DNA of 64,000 nucleotides, taken from positions 6,539-70,538 of the IMG/VR virus record IMGVR_UViG_3300027563_000006, one strand, 5' to 3'. How positions within the stretch are numbered: the first letter of the stretch is position 1; each line of letters begins with the position of its first letter. The notes under the pieces were generated by a model. The model was not told the DNA's origin. It saw only the letters and a program-made list of their open reading frames with translations, and ran no database searches. The position numbers were made by a program, and so were the translations under genes. Positions 16,701 to 24,732 of this stretch are shown here, piece after piece. This stretch comes from a virus (taxonomy: Duplodnaviria; Caudoviricetes).

Positions 16701-19206
16701 GGGCGTCTTCTCTCGGATCGGGATTAAGCTTCTGATACTTTTGAAAAGATTCACTTTCCGGATTGTTGATCGGTAGAATGACATCGGGTCTAGCCTCGAG
16801 CTCGGGGGCTAATTTTCCCTCGCGGGATTCTGCTTGAACTTCACCCTCAAATTGTTGAACAAGTTTTGACACAGACTCTTCTCCTCGAACCAAGCGGGCA
16901 GCTTGCCCTTCAACCTGCATGGCCTGAAGTCTTGCCAGCTGTTCTTGCATGGCTGGTACTTCATCAACAGGGGCCTGTTTAATCTTAGTTTCAAGAACAT
17001 TAATTTGATCCTGTAATTTTTTTGCGTTAATTTCTGCTGGTTTTTCAACCTCTACTAGATCTTGACTTCTGGCCAGTTTACTTTCCAAAGCAATTTCGTA
17101 ATCGGTTGGCCCTAAATATTTTCTGGCCACTGATTCCAGGTCCTCAGGGGTTCCCGCTTGTTCAAGCTCAGACTCCATTTGATCGAGCTCTTCTTGCTCA
17201 ACCCCAACTTGTTCAGCTCGCAGGAGAAAATCATCTTTAAGATCTTGCTCAAATTCAATGGCCGGGATTCCGTTAAGCCAATTCCCCGAGTCTGTCTTTA
17301 CATTCGTTACCGAATATACTTTTCCGTCGGTCGAGAGTTCTCCAACAATTCGTCCTTGACTCTCGAGCCATTGAATCTTCGAAGCATTCTGCGGAGAATT
17401 AGCCAACTCAATTTTTGTATTTCCAGCTTCAAAAACATTGACTAACTCGTTGAGTGCGGAAAGTTTTTCCTCCTCGGTTTCTGGGGGTCCCTCTTTTAAA
17501 ATAGGAGCAACACCAATCCGACCTTCGGCCTCAGTAAGCTTGGCCGAAAGCATTGATTCAACAGCATTTTGTTTTGAGTTTTCGACCGCCTCGTCTGCTA
17601 CCTTTGCAGTTTCCGGGGAAGTGATACTATCAATTGATGTTCTTACGTTAATCGCATCAAATAATGCTTGGGCTTTAGGGGAAGAGAGCGATTGGCGGAG
17701 TTGAATAATCTGCTCCATCTTTTGTTGATCGTTCAAATTGGGGTCAGTCTTTATACCTGCAACCGTTTGATCAAGCGACTTGGCGAATCGATCGTCGGCC
17801 ATTGCGTAAATTTTTGCGCGCCGCGAAGCAATGACGCTGGAGGTTAGCCCGGGAATGGCCATTCCCAACCCGATACCGCCAGAGACGGCTAGATTTTGCA
17901 GAAAGGGTTCGATCGGATCTTGACCGCGGAGTATAGCTTCGATTTCTTCCGAAGCGGTCTCCCCTAAAGTTGTGCCGACAACTTTACCAGTGCTGCCCAC
18001 CAAGGGGGCTAAAGCGGGCAATTTAGTTGCAAGCGCTTTTGCGGCGACATGATTAGCTAGCGCGACATCAATTGACCCCTCTAGTTTATTTCCTGCGCCC
18101 TCCGCCAAACCAAGAACGGCGGCCTCGCTAAAAACAGAGGACAAACGCTGGGCGATAGAAAGATCTCGGGGGTCCCCTTCAAAAGATTGAGACGCTCCAA
18201 TCGTGGCGTAAGTCGCTCCTCGAGATAAAACAGCGGGCACCTTTATGGATTGACCCGCAATTTGAGCTGCTTTGTTTAGAAACTTGGTAGTGCCAGCCCC
18301 AACTCCTATAAATGAACCGACCGAACCAAGGGCTGCGCCCGCCAAAGTCCCGGTCATATAATCTTTTTGAATGATGCCATTGATTGAATTAGAGAGAGCA
18401 GAACGTCTGGCAACTTGATCTGGATCGTTTTCGTCGACTACAATATCCCCGATGGAAACAAATGGCAGAAACGCGTCGCCAGATTGAATGGCAAAATTTC
18501 GAAGGCTAGCCGAGCCCAATTTTTTAGAGCGATCGCTTTCCAGATCGCGGAGGTAATTTTCCGCCATAGCGAGGTTCATTCCTAACTTGGCTGTGAGTGG
18601 ACCCGCCCCAAAGGCCATGGCTGGGCTTTCGTCTTTAGGAGCGATAGACTTGCCGGCGGCTAATTCATCTTCGTAAAGGGCGCCCAGTTCCAGGGCTTTA
18701 GCTGCCTGTTCGGGGTCTTTGATTGTTCCTATGTAATTTCTAGCGGCTAGGCTTCTTTGAGAGGCTTCGGCCTCTTCGTTGGTCACACCGAGTCCGGATT
18801 GGAGAAACGATCCAATTACTTTCCCGGTGCCACCCAGCGCTAGCTTCGTCATCCCAAGCCAATCTTTTTTGCTTTCCGCCTCTTCAAAAGCCTTATTGTT
18901 TAAATCAAAATAATCTTGTATATTTTTATTTGCGTCCTGCAAAGATTGAGTGTTAAAAGGAGTTTTGCCGTCCCGCAACCTCGTCGCTAAACCCCCCAAG
19001 ATATCTATAGATTTTGGGTCGTCTCGAGTTTCAATAAAAGCACTCGCTTGTCCCAGATTAATTGACGGAGTTTGGGATAGAAATTGAATCTCTTCCTCTT
19101 CTTGAGAGCGGGGCGGGGGCGCAAAAAGTGCGTCTAGTGCTTGTTGATCGTTCTCCGTAAGCTCTGCTAAACCAAGCTCTGTCTCAGAAATGAGGGGATC
19201 CGCCAT
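7705..19206 (-). CDS. giant polyvalent internal virion/ejection protein (3833 aa)
   Basis: Last large gene of podovirus-type tail module after two ejection-like genes; helical N and C termini; internal SF2 helicase, zincin-like and sigma-like segments. Confidence 0.8.
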   Translation of the reverse strand: MADPLISETELGLAELTENDQQALDALFAPPPRSQEEEEIQFLSQTPSINLGQASAFIETRDDPKSIDILGGLATRLRDGKTPFNTQSLQDANKNIQDYFDLNNKAFEEAESKKDWLGMTKLALGGTGKVIGSFLQSGLGVTNEEAEASQRSLAARNYIGTIKDPEQAAKALELGALYEDELAAGKSIAPKDESPAMAFGAGPLTAKLGMNLAMAENYLRDLESDRSKKLGSASLRNFAIQSGDAFLPFVSIGDIVVDENDPDQVARRSALSNSINGIIQKDYMTGTLAGAALGSVGSFIGVGAGTTKFLNKAAQIAGQSIKVPAVLSRGATYATIGASQSFEGDPRDLSIAQRLSSVFSEAAVLGLAEGAGNKLEGSIDVALANHVAAKALATKLPALAPLVGSTGKVVGTTLGETASEEIEAILRGQDPIEPFLQNLAVSGGIGLGMAIPGLTSSVIASRRAKIYAMADDRFAKSLDQTVAGIKTDPNLNDQQKMEQIIQLRQSLSSPKAQALFDAINVRTSIDSITSPETAKVADEAVENSKQNAVESMLSAKLTEAEGRIGVAPILKEGPPETEEEKLSALNELVNVFEAGNTKIELANSPQNASKIQWLESQGRIVGELSTDGKVYSVTNVKTDSGNWLNGIPAIEFEQDLKDDFLLRAEQVGVEQEELDQMESELEQAGTPEDLESVARKYLGPTDYEIALESKLARSQDLVEVEKPAEINAKKLQDQINVLETKIKQAPVDEVPAMQEQLARLQAMQVEGQAARLVRGEESVSKLVQQFEGEVQAESREGKLAPELEARPDVILPINNPESESFQKYQKLNPDPREDAQNVLASVFNLKNPATVELLQSLGAIDENGRDLMTPAETLLAYVERKKSYLQSKSLAGYQKYNISDEVSSATINSFLYELRQGKNNLSLSTIFNSRLRDFIRRAVPRMRAGVGIGAAVSLETPGLRVNAVDAETLAEEQGLNPAVAGAINETLDQIDATEVDNQVVGQSEVPSPAQRQEALAVLAQQIVPSFRQTLTTEAEKLAFDALVSGKQITQQEAAGVQLPVGDIKVIQEVVRNRFISSLEGEYRKNQQAGTLPSRAVSEPEGLVREGNLTAAQIQPAAERFRKLQSDSFFDDEELAGAKSLLSEVQKVRSVKMLRAFENYIESIAQEKLSPEAITELSEAIDNNLKNAVEDDRLSQKQADDYIDKLNKLAEPYLASQTLEEGEAKNKIALTFRSNLLRVSDQILLDSGLNINEKGTYEESKKPEATKPDLKTTDGRREEARKKLSELEAKRAATTKRVPKETVPPERKEVGPAVTSGATGVGGLGAERARGIPIPKSFVESRNQLGKPYSEKVLDPIGSDTVRLLSPEQKQDVAASITTMESSKHKAFYLANGPGTGKTRVLLAAAKYYLNKGFNVFYLTAPDAVTPNWDLNTIGGSIEKDAGLMGVPIAARGGKGESGRGLPIENVPGKVVVSTYTSQYLEKILPLVDAKTVVIFDEQHSGRNLHKAIQEGKSRAWSILMNDISQKAGRVLMASGTPFETPDQLLSLGRLGIFDTESPDALIKRLGFEKQYLRGGKKSYWTLSPGVTETEMQDRLEAYLDGLVKNGILRSRSLKLDGVSVEFQDVPLDSAITKQLEDIKNMYGGTQNTDIASLRKLVSAQKRALEEYKVDAAAKRAIQSIRQGRKPVIYVGFVSETNARGEAVDPTSAAVEAAILRLAPDLRIARMYTGSGQTKEQALAAFNENAADVLIATKEMGGTGIELDDKFGDEPRDMIIMSPPVSAIQAVQLVYRVWRTDSASRPNLIFLESKAEVDQQNIDRMRAKLRLLDATTGAGFEGLKAEETKPAETVAPVKSTVGATPEQVSATDEILKSALGKDYNNNVITFRDAKGQAHNYNVKIDPTFTHSMAVVVGSDNDSDTIVVNPTLLEKGKKTLSPDAYKSYITQALLEETIHMETLRYYRELGLDPVEELTAIGDSLSQASRLAIGRLYYATLGSDITNSDTQGKIKALANDPYFVAMEGIRQLSQLKLTGGVTEQVNSVNANDIARATQRLKDILKSESKSVLARLGVWFDSMATVVKRGLGLAPNAKDRLVMRQSIEDAISTLRKTSKEFVQAGEAPARPIPAPGTSPTAPRAATVFDSYDLRIYRMIENHLEGRTEGVLGVTVADDLFKTVGVEEWLDALDINRRRGVITADERDLFRSATQAVMDGGRASLPAIANKALELAENMEEAGRSLPVAAFVATSAPTEVTSNEQSFEPQPAYQQYRVKIPGNIAVPTTASSEAKATANAVIRLFERQEVVNYNGQRYTSPGPLIAALRDAGYNKFAKVISPAPAVAMEKPIVNSVSLDGGPVLIPVPSPQVAQPVPVGSDLRKIKTNYENVENQLLGFPKEGSGKEGKGFDETKYPYSLQLEISSDNGNTWTSDAIRGMNFFQAVERAKRNWGPNVQLRSVNMVSPLVAPAPEIRESRAVKNIVTQFVDVLPEGKVKDKLLDAWYYQSVPREQQFADAKSYIATNGLQNSLNAFLSGNIKSSLPLQGAIGFELANALGAKAKTDLYAREQLAEVMLLLSRKYGTEPGRTVDLWNALGELSNNPEAMKMYINRQIDSSIRGRLTGFAEEESEISSGLVDSTRRAVDKLTTDKKTKSTIEKIAKLVELNKKQATVAELEAAVAEYVGSEQALADGAEFLGADLAAAPEVEGSDADGIRLNPEQTTALSRMILEIIQRSENPSVTAASEDQIKSLLMLTPALRDAKNQENVRRKLDLYFDAALTNALEIFSAQALGEARARESIQPPTTRGEAVRRVIDAKAKAKDQAPVAIPTEATSRLEALAEASAEALQKQAVRLQQEPKKKDQLEEFAARIRRLIAQRTKEQGGLQPTYTPEPKPTEAEVLRDRIEKYPDVMEFIDNVRDSLKEVYSEEELAGLEPFIDEAFGRPFTVSSLKQAVRSLESIGGPQTNIRGLIRSSKGDIMDFENKLGALLTQNTTLDEAQKKEVTDFLREGLTDLIAKERKLELERIKKRFDAKKERKTRKMRSALDRLIEATNLGVLNDSEVFAQMHSQLGLPELKEEERKKLNKLIEDLPLYPVGMIRNKKISEMYQYVKLVSPQVWGELLVNYQTSNLLAGIGTIGINAWSSTMSNQLNAGILAAVGAAKGIAGDKARAKAYKDAAIALNSAIFAGEKPALNAAANVFFNGDYSNIQDALTQELGGVNIWEAIVKQAEDYRAGKPGAVQPELPVNVFGQEYRIPLDSKFLSSKYGALAPFIFFGRSMAAGDAINKISSRKMYEIAEATNIAIAQGFQTNDEIEAEVARLLNQSPEARKRAEAKAASEAKEFNLTPEQESLRVEEILEQGRPDEEIVKNLTEKAKTFAAQSTFTNNFEGWFGLLADGLTSISAKAWPLRLFVKFLKTGSSLANEVLNFLPVMSTIRLYRGSAAMLKDTKYYRPPPVPGTVEHDLLLGKMALGYIITGTLLAALKDAIGGEDDPYFNIHFKGPADPAQREAFFAAGGKLRAIQIGRFSDGKPQFFSFEGFPVGLSGPLLLSGAITESIRYEKRSVAESIVLGGLTGSALAMYGILDMAALSGIRQLMSLTSPGVGQRDAKGIMTNLSKTVGNVAGGLIPGYATLRDVEQLFNGIAGSPSARPYQENLLSTFAQSIPFASKVGRPDLDFLGGNTKTQVANTVPFLRRLTTTGVDSQSYDDGDRTPQAIHDKLISMFASKRSSLDWDAGPLKDFAMLEMIQDAQAKGDQLTADDFYSLKRELSTDEKYEWMMRAGPIIQEQLSQLIPQLEQMSPGQFREVTRAVVNPIKKEILYQVLAEKNQEGILYPERQ
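13325..13440 (-). other. zincin-like (HExxH-variant EETIH) segment within giant protein
   Basis: IVVNPTLL...YITQALLEETIHMETLRYY; resembles metallopeptidase-like modules of phage polyvalent proteins. Confidence 0.4.
13720..15150 (-). other. strawberry-notch-like SF2 helicase domain within giant protein
   Basis: Walker A FYLANGPGTGKT, Walker B IFDEQH, motif III ASGTP, GGTGIELDD, QLVYRVWR. Confidence 0.7.
15970..16600 (-). other. ECF/sigma70-like domain within giant protein (about aa 870-1080)
   Basis: Region-2-like SDEVSSATINSFL...LSTIFNSRLRDFIRR, VSLETP, PSPAQRQE, region-4-like EAEKLAFDALVSGKQITQQEAAGVQLPVGDIKV. Confidence 0.5.
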
Positions 19207-19241
19207 GATTGATTAAATACAAGAGAGTTTTCACCCAATCG

Positions 19242-20753
19242 TCAACGATTTTGTTGGCTTTCGTTAATTTTAGGGGTTTTCAAAAGGTCTTGAATAGGAT
19301 ACCCATTGGCTTTTAGTTTAGCAACTAAGTCTTTAGCTGATCTTCCAAAAACAAGCGAATCAGGATTTTTTCGATAAGCCTCTACTATGACGGACACGGT
19401 TGAGTCAGACATACGCGCTGGTTCTTTTTTAGCGGCTACGGGAATTGTTGCCGTTCCGGGTGCTCCCCGCTCAAAATCATTCCCGGAGCGGAAGGGGCGC
19501 GTCGCAACAGCCGTAGAGGGTGCTTGGGATGGAGCTGGAGCAACAGCCCGACCTGAAGAATTTTCAGCGGCGGCAGCCATCATCTTTTCAAAGGGGGTTT
19601 GTTGCCCGGCGTAGCGCGGGGAAGTCATTTCGTTTTCCCATTCCTTGGCCCGATCAAAAACGTTTTTTGTCAGTCGCCCTGTGTCGGGGTCAATGTTAGC
19701 GTCAAACCCGACGCGAGGGGATAGATCAGGAATGGGGTAAATAAATGTATCATATTCTTGCCCATTTTGGTCTACATTAACAACTTTAGTTGACGGGTTA
19801 ACCTTGGTTATGTTACTGGCAATTTGTGTTAACCGCGAATCAATGCCGCGGAGTTGCTTAACGGACTCGTTTAAATTTCTCTCATACATTATACCCTGAA
19901 CGGCTTTGCTTGTAAATTTATTTGGGTCATTCTTTAATTCGTCATATTTTTTTTGAAAATTTGGTTCTAGTCTATTTTGTTCAGCTAAGTCTTGAAAAGA
20001 TTGAAGCTCTTTTCCCACAACGGTATCGCGATATTTTTCAAGTTTGGCCAAAGCGGTGGCGCTTACTTTAGCAAAAGGATCGATTACCCTTGGATCTGTG
20101 TTGTTTAATAAAGAGAATTTGTCTTGAATCTCGTCTACTCTTGCTTGATACGCGTCAGGAGTAAAGGCTCTTGGGTCTAACTTGGCAAGCTCTTCCCCTA
20201 AACTTCTTGCGGGAGTGGCCGTGCGCAGGTTGTTCTCCTGCTGGGCAAGCTCTCTGTTTGCTTGAATTCCTGAATAAACATTGTCATAAAGAGAAACTCT
20301 TTGTAATCTTGTTAAATTAGCTTGTCCAATTTTTCCTAAAGCATTGTCTATTCTTTGGGGATCTCCGGAAAGTTGAGCTGCTCTAAATTCTGTTTCTAAA
20401 ACCCCGGCTTGCCTGTCCTGTTCTGCGGCTTTGCTTTGAGCATCCAGGTCATTAAGCTCTTTATTTTGGTCTAAACTGAGCCGAGCCGATGCAAGATTAT
20501 TCTGAAAATTTTGTTGTTCAGTTCGTTGGGCGTCGGACAAAATTGAGGCTTGCAGCTTTTGTGCTTCGAGATTCGCCTGCAAATTCTGAGTTTCTCTTTG
20601 AGCGCCTAATTGAGCGTAAGCCAATTCGAGCCGATCGGCAGCCTGTTCGTTTTCTTGAAATAGCTGTTGCTTTTTTAAAAAGTTGTTTCTCAGATCGTCA
20701 AGAATCCCTCGAACTGAGCCAACATAATCTGGGGCATTGGGGGAGAGGGCCAT
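19242..20753 (-). CDS. putative internal virion/ejection protein (503 aa)
   Basis: Gln/Ala-rich helical protein between tail genes and giant protein. Confidence 0.55.
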   Translation of the reverse strand: MALSPNAPDYVGSVRGILDDLRNNFLKKQQLFQENEQAADRLELAYAQLGAQRETQNLQANLEAQKLQASILSDAQRTEQQNFQNNLASARLSLDQNKELNDLDAQSKAAEQDRQAGVLETEFRAAQLSGDPQRIDNALGKIGQANLTRLQRVSLYDNVYSGIQANRELAQQENNLRTATPARSLGEELAKLDPRAFTPDAYQARVDEIQDKFSLLNNTDPRVIDPFAKVSATALAKLEKYRDTVVGKELQSFQDLAEQNRLEPNFQKKYDELKNDPNKFTSKAVQGIMYERNLNESVKQLRGIDSRLTQIASNITKVNPSTKVVNVDQNGQEYDTFIYPIPDLSPRVGFDANIDPDTGRLTKNVFDRAKEWENEMTSPRYAGQQTPFEKMMAAAAENSSGRAVAPAPSQAPSTAVATRPFRSGNDFERGAPGTATIPVAAKKEPARMSDSTVSVIVEAYRKNPDSLVFGRSAKDLVAKLKANGYPIQDLLKTPKINESQQNR

Positions 20754-20756
20754 AAA

Positions 20757-21893
20757 TTAAGCATTAACTCCACGGTTTATTTTGGGGCCGTAGTATGGAT
20801 TTCGATCATTATACTTCCAGCTATTTTTTTCATACTGTTCGGCCGCGTATAATTGCGAGGGTGTTAGGGGAGTTAATCTGGTTCTATTCCCGCTGTAGCC
20901 TACATACTTGCCCGCTTTAACATCAAATTGCCCCGGCAGAGCTTGAGTCTGCCAAGCGTTGAGCAAGTTTTGATTTTGCGTTTGTTGGTTAACGGAGGCT
21001 GCGCTTGTCATCGTATCGAAAATAGATTGCGGAGCAACCATTAAACTCGACACTGACATGGGGGATCTTGCGGCGATACCTCTCTGGGTAAGATCAAAAG
21101 ATTTAGCAAAAAGATCTGCTCCGGTTTGTTGTAGGCCAAGGCTAGAAAGGCCGAGATCCCTGCTAGTTAAATTTCTCCCTAAACCACCCCTCATTAGGCC
21201 GGTTCCAAAACTAGTAGCAGCGGAAGATCGGGCTACCTCTTGGGCCACAGAAGCGGGTATACGTCCCCCAAGGTAGTCTTTAGCGATATCTCCCATGCTC
21301 AAAATGCCGGCTTGGAAACCAGGCATATAAGAATCGAATTCTTTCCGAGAGGGGGCATTGTATTTTTCGGCCAAAGCCGCCAGCTTGTCTGGATCATTTA
21401 CTTCGCCCAATCTTTTTGCATACTCCTCGTAAGGAATGTTTAATTCCTTTAAGGTGGGGGCTGGTCCTAGATAAAAATCGCTCGGCGCGCCAGAGCCAGT
21501 ATTGGGGGTAAAAGAGCTAGTGCTTTGATTCCACGACTGGGGCCTACTTCCCGATCCACCGAAAGAAGACGAACCGCCGGTAAAGGATCGCTGAGGGGCT
21601 TGGGAGTTGCTCCCACCGAAAGAAGATCCCCCCGAATAGGAGGGGAAGGAGGAAGAGGTTTGCCGGCCTCCGTATGAACCTTGGGCGGCGCTATTAAAAA
21701 TAGAGCTGTAGTCTTTTGAGGGAGCAAACATACTTGGGGTGTAAGAAGTGCCCAAAGCACCCGAGAAAGAATTAGAGTTAGAGAAGCTGGGGGTCGGAGA
21801 AATAAAACTCGATGCGGCGGGACCAGACGATAAAAAATCCGATATCATTCCCCCGGAACTTGGCGGGGTAATAGAAAACATTGATTTTGCCAT
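20757..21893 (-). CDS. putative internal virion/DNA-ejection (pilot) protein (378 aa)
   Basis: Ser/Gly-rich N-terminus; QEVARSSAA...GLGRNLTSRDLGLSSLGLQQTG typical of podovirus pilot-like proteins; position. Confidence 0.55.
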   Translation of the reverse strand: MAKSMFSITPPSSGGMISDFLSSGPAASSFISPTPSFSNSNSFSGALGTSYTPSMFAPSKDYSSIFNSAAQGSYGGRQTSSSFPSYSGGSSFGGSNSQAPQRSFTGGSSSFGGSGSRPQSWNQSTSSFTPNTGSGAPSDFYLGPAPTLKELNIPYEEYAKRLGEVNDPDKLAALAEKYNAPSRKEFDSYMPGFQAGILSMGDIAKDYLGGRIPASVAQEVARSSAATSFGTGLMRGGLGRNLTSRDLGLSSLGLQQTGADLFAKSFDLTQRGIAARSPMSVSSLMVAPQSIFDTMTSAASVNQQTQNQNLLNAWQTQALPGQFDVKAGKYVGYSGNRTRLTPLTPSQLYAAEQYEKNSWKYNDRNPYYGPKINRGVNA

Positions 21894-21895
21894 AA

Positions 21896-23119
21896 TTATG
21901 CCATTGCGGGGACTTCACCCATCGCGAATGCCTCCATTTGAATCTGGGGTCTGCCGATGTTAGTTCCCTCGACCTCTTTAAGTTCTTCACGCAAGAGTTC
22001 GACAGCCTTTTCCTCGTACCTCATGGCTTCGTCCAGGTTATTGTTTTCTTCTTTTTCGATGGCGATCGCCATCATCTTTAAAGCTCCTAAGTTGGTCACG
22101 ATCAAATCGTCGTCATCGGTGATCACGGGAATGAATTTGCGCTTTGCGAGTACGGTCACGGTAACCCCTTCTTCTCTTTCATGGCCGGGAATTGCATATC
22201 GTCTATACTGGGGCAACGTCTCATCGGGCGCAAGTATGGCAATAGAGGATTCAACGCCCGTGGTGGGATCTACTGCATAGACGCGGACCCAGCCTTTCGT
22301 TGCAGTTTTGTTTATGGCATCGATGGATCGAAAGGCGTTGACTGTGGTGCGAGGGAGTTCTGTTGAAGTTATTTCGCCCGGCCAACCTTCTTGCCACGGG
22401 TAGTCCGTGCTGCCCCCATCCGACAAAGCCACTTGGGAGCTTCCGTCTGGATTCGTTATCTGCCAATCAGATCCAGTCCTACTCATAGTGTAACCCAAAG
22501 AGCTTTTATATGCTGGAAAGGAGTCAATGGTCGTGTACCATGCGTAAACTCCGTTCGCAGCTATCGCTTCTGCGTTTCCTGGAATACCCGACATCAACAC
22601 GCTGGAATTCCCCGACCCAGCACTTAAATTCAAACGCTCGCCGTCGATCATAGCGCCACCCTCCTGCGTCTGAACCCGGTTATTGTAAGAGTCGGAACCT
22701 CGGAATAAAATGGTTGAGGTCGAGTCTTCAATCAAGTCGGTGTATACGCGTATATACTTTTGGGATTCAATCGACCGAAAGCAGGGAACATAACCACGAT
22801 CTTGTAGTTGCTTCCAAGCTCCAGCCGGAGAAGTCCCGGGGCCATTGGCCATGAACTCATACCACTGGTTATAAACCTGAGCGGGTGCGCCGCCGTAGTT
22901 GTACCCGAGAATAGATTCAAATTCACGGGGCAACGTGATGCATCCACCATAAACGCAAACAGAATAACGTCCGTAAGTTCCGGCGTACAATCCTTTATTG
23001 AGCAAGCGTTCTTGAGCTTCGTTGGTCCGGGCGAGCAACTGCGGATCGGTCGCGCACATCCCGTTTTGGGTTACCCGCGCCAGCTGTTCTTTAACTGATC
23101 CGTAAGTACGACGGATCAT
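21896..23119 (-). CDS. putative head-tail adaptor/tail tubular protein with internal insertion
   Basis: Helical N- and C-terminal parts, ITLPREFESIL and PQYRRY motifs, position in tail module. Confidence 0.5.
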   Translation of the reverse strand: MIRRTYGSVKEQLARVTQNGMCATDPQLLARTNEAQERLLNKGLYAGTYGRYSVCVYGGCITLPREFESILGYNYGGAPAQVYNQWYEFMANGPGTSPAGAWKQLQDRGYVPCFRSIESQKYIRVYTDLIEDSTSTILFRGSDSYNNRVQTQEGGAMIDGERLNLSAGSGNSSVLMSGIPGNAEAIAANGVYAWYTTIDSFPAYKSSLGYTMSRTGSDWQITNPDGSSQVALSDGGSTDYPWQEGWPGEITSTELPRTTVNAFRSIDAINKTATKGWVRVYAVDPTTGVESSIAILAPDETLPQYRRYAIPGHEREEGVTVTVLAKRKFIPVITDDDDLIVTNLGALKMMAIAIEKEENNNLDEAMRYEEKAVELLREELKEVEGTNIGRPQIQMEAFAMGEVPAMA

Positions 23120-23541
23120 TGGTAATACCCAACATATACTTTATATTTTGCATTTGTCGGCGGGACTGGAGTTGCCGGCGTTAGTAGCGAAATGCCGTTG
23201 ACGACATAAGTCGTACTTCCTATCCCCCAAGGCGAAGCAATTACTGCGTTAGTATCGGTAAGTACAATATCGCCAAAAGCAAAGGGGGTAAACTCGTTCC
23301 AAACCCCACCCGAGTACAATCTAATCGATTGAGGGAGACCATTAACTCCAGCCTGGGTTTGAAACCAAACCTTATCTTGGTCTTCCGCGGGAGGCGTTGA
23401 GCTGGAAACAACGAAAGTAGAAAGAACGGGATCGGAGTTAACTGAAACATAAGATTGAATCAATTGTAGCAAGTCTTGAACGTTACCCGGGTAACCCGTG
23501 TTGCTTGGTAAGGTAGCTGCCGTTAAGGTGTATACGGGCAT
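23116..23541 (-). CDS. virion-associated hypothetical protein (paralog of 23581..24042)
   Basis: Shared YP...Q.L..L, VWFQT, GLP...RL, GD, PWG, KY..YVGY motifs. Confidence 0.7.
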   Translation of the reverse strand: MPVYTLTAATLPSNTGYPGNVQDLLQLIQSYVSVNSDPVLSTFVVSSSTPPAEDQDKVWFQTQAGVNGLPQSIRLYSGGVWNEFTPFAFGDIVLTDTNAVIASPWGIGSTTYVVNGISLLTPATPVPPTNAKYKVYVGYYQ

Positions 23542-23580
23542 GGTCTGTATAAGTTAACGGTTGTAAGTTCTATGTCAACA

Positions 23581-24042
23581 TCAAGGAGTTTTACTTGACC
23601 AATAACCAACATAAGTTTTGTACTTATAACCCCCCGCGGGGGGTGCGGGCGCTGCCGTGGGCGAATAGGGCAAAATATTGGTGTCCCCAAAAGAATAGGT
23701 AAACCCGAATTCCCCCCAAGGGGCAACAATAGTTGAGGTTGCGGTCACCAGAATCCTATCTCCTTGAGCTAATTGCGCAAACTCAAACCAACGAAGACTT
23801 GAAAAAAGACGAGCTACTTTGGGTAAACCGTATCCCGTTGCCCCGGCCGGTGGGGAAGTTTGAAACCAAACATAACTTTGTTGAGTGGAGCCTGGAGCCA
23901 AATGCGAAGCGACGTAGTCGTTCTCCGGCCCAGATATTTGAAGGGTTCCTGTGCTGGCAACAAGATTTATAAGTTGTTGAGTCGAGGCAGGATAGCACGA
24001 ATTTAAGGGAAAGGTTGGGAATTGTAGGATATATTCGGGCAT
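23581..24042 (-). CDS. virion-associated hypothetical protein (paralog of 23116..23541)
   Basis: Same motifs as neighbour; leaderless promoter upstream. Confidence 0.7.
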   Translation of the reverse strand: MPEYILQFPTFPLNSCYPASTQQLINLVASTGTLQISGPENDYVASHLAPGSTQQSYVWFQTSPPAGATGYGLPKVARLFSSLRWFEFAQLAQGDRILVTATSTIVAPWGEFGFTYSFGDTNILPYSPTAAPAPPAGGYKYKTYVGYWSSKTP

Positions 24043-24048
24043 AATTTT

Positions 24049-24077
24049 ATTTTATAAAATGTTAAGCGATAAGTCAA
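24049..24077 (-). promoter_or_regulatory. sigma70-like promoter, leaderless
   Basis: TTGACT-N17-TAAAAT, 6 nt before ATG at 24042. Confidence 0.6.
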
Positions 24078-24090
24078 GCTCGATTAGGTT

Positions 24091-24729
24091 TTAGAAACCA
24101 GTTTTGTAGGCCAGTACTTGCCAAGTTCTTGTGACTCCGTTTTCGCAAACTTGCAAGGTTTGCGGGCCGTAAAGGTCGCCCTGTAGAACTAATCCGGAGG
24201 TATCTAAGGACCAAGAAACTGAGGGCCCGCCCAAACCTCTTCCCTCAAGTTTAGTGGTTCCCCCATAATAAATTCCTCCCGCAAATTGAACTGCTGGGGT
24301 TGAAAAATATCTTGTGCGGTTACTTAAAAACCCGTTGCAATCATAGCAATTCCCGGTAGTAGTTCTATACCCTGTTAACATGGGGGCTGTGCCGACATCT
24401 TCCTCGGAACGACAGTCTGGGCATATGCTGTTGATGACAGTGATATTATTAACATTGGTGGTATTATTAGAGACATTAGTGGTGGTGATGTATGTGTCGG
24501 GAGGGGCCGCAGCGGGGGGAACTACTGTGGGGGTTGGGACCGCGGGATTGCTACCTACCGGAGGAGTTGAACTTGGGGGGGTTACGGGCGCGTTATTAAC
24601 GGCGCCAAATAAAACAGGCCGAACAAAGCTGCCTAGCCCGTTTAAAGCTATGTCTACGGTAGAGCCTCCGCCAAAACCCGGGAAACCGGATGGAAGAGAA
24701 TCTCCTCGGAATTCAATTCTCTCCGCCAT
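24091..24729 (-). CDS. hypothetical virion protein, Pro/Thr-rich linker with Cys motifs (212 aa)
   Basis: ORF in tail operon; CPDC and CYDC motifs. Confidence 0.65.
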   Translation of the reverse strand: MAERIEFRGDSLPSGFPGFGGGSTVDIALNGLGSFVRPVLFGAVNNAPVTPPSSTPPVGSNPAVPTPTVVPPAAAPPDTYITTTNVSNNTTNVNNITVINSICPDCRSEEDVGTAPMLTGYRTTTGNCYDCNGFLSNRTRYFSTPAVQFAGGIYYGGTTKLEGRGLGGPSVSWSLDTSGLVLQGDLYGPQTLQVCENGVTRTWQVLAYKTGF

Positions 24730-24732
24730 AAA

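Noticed and set aside
8447-17704. Many short ORFs inside or antisense to the 3833-aa gene
   Set aside because: Shadow ORFs with no RBS/promoter support or protein-like motifs
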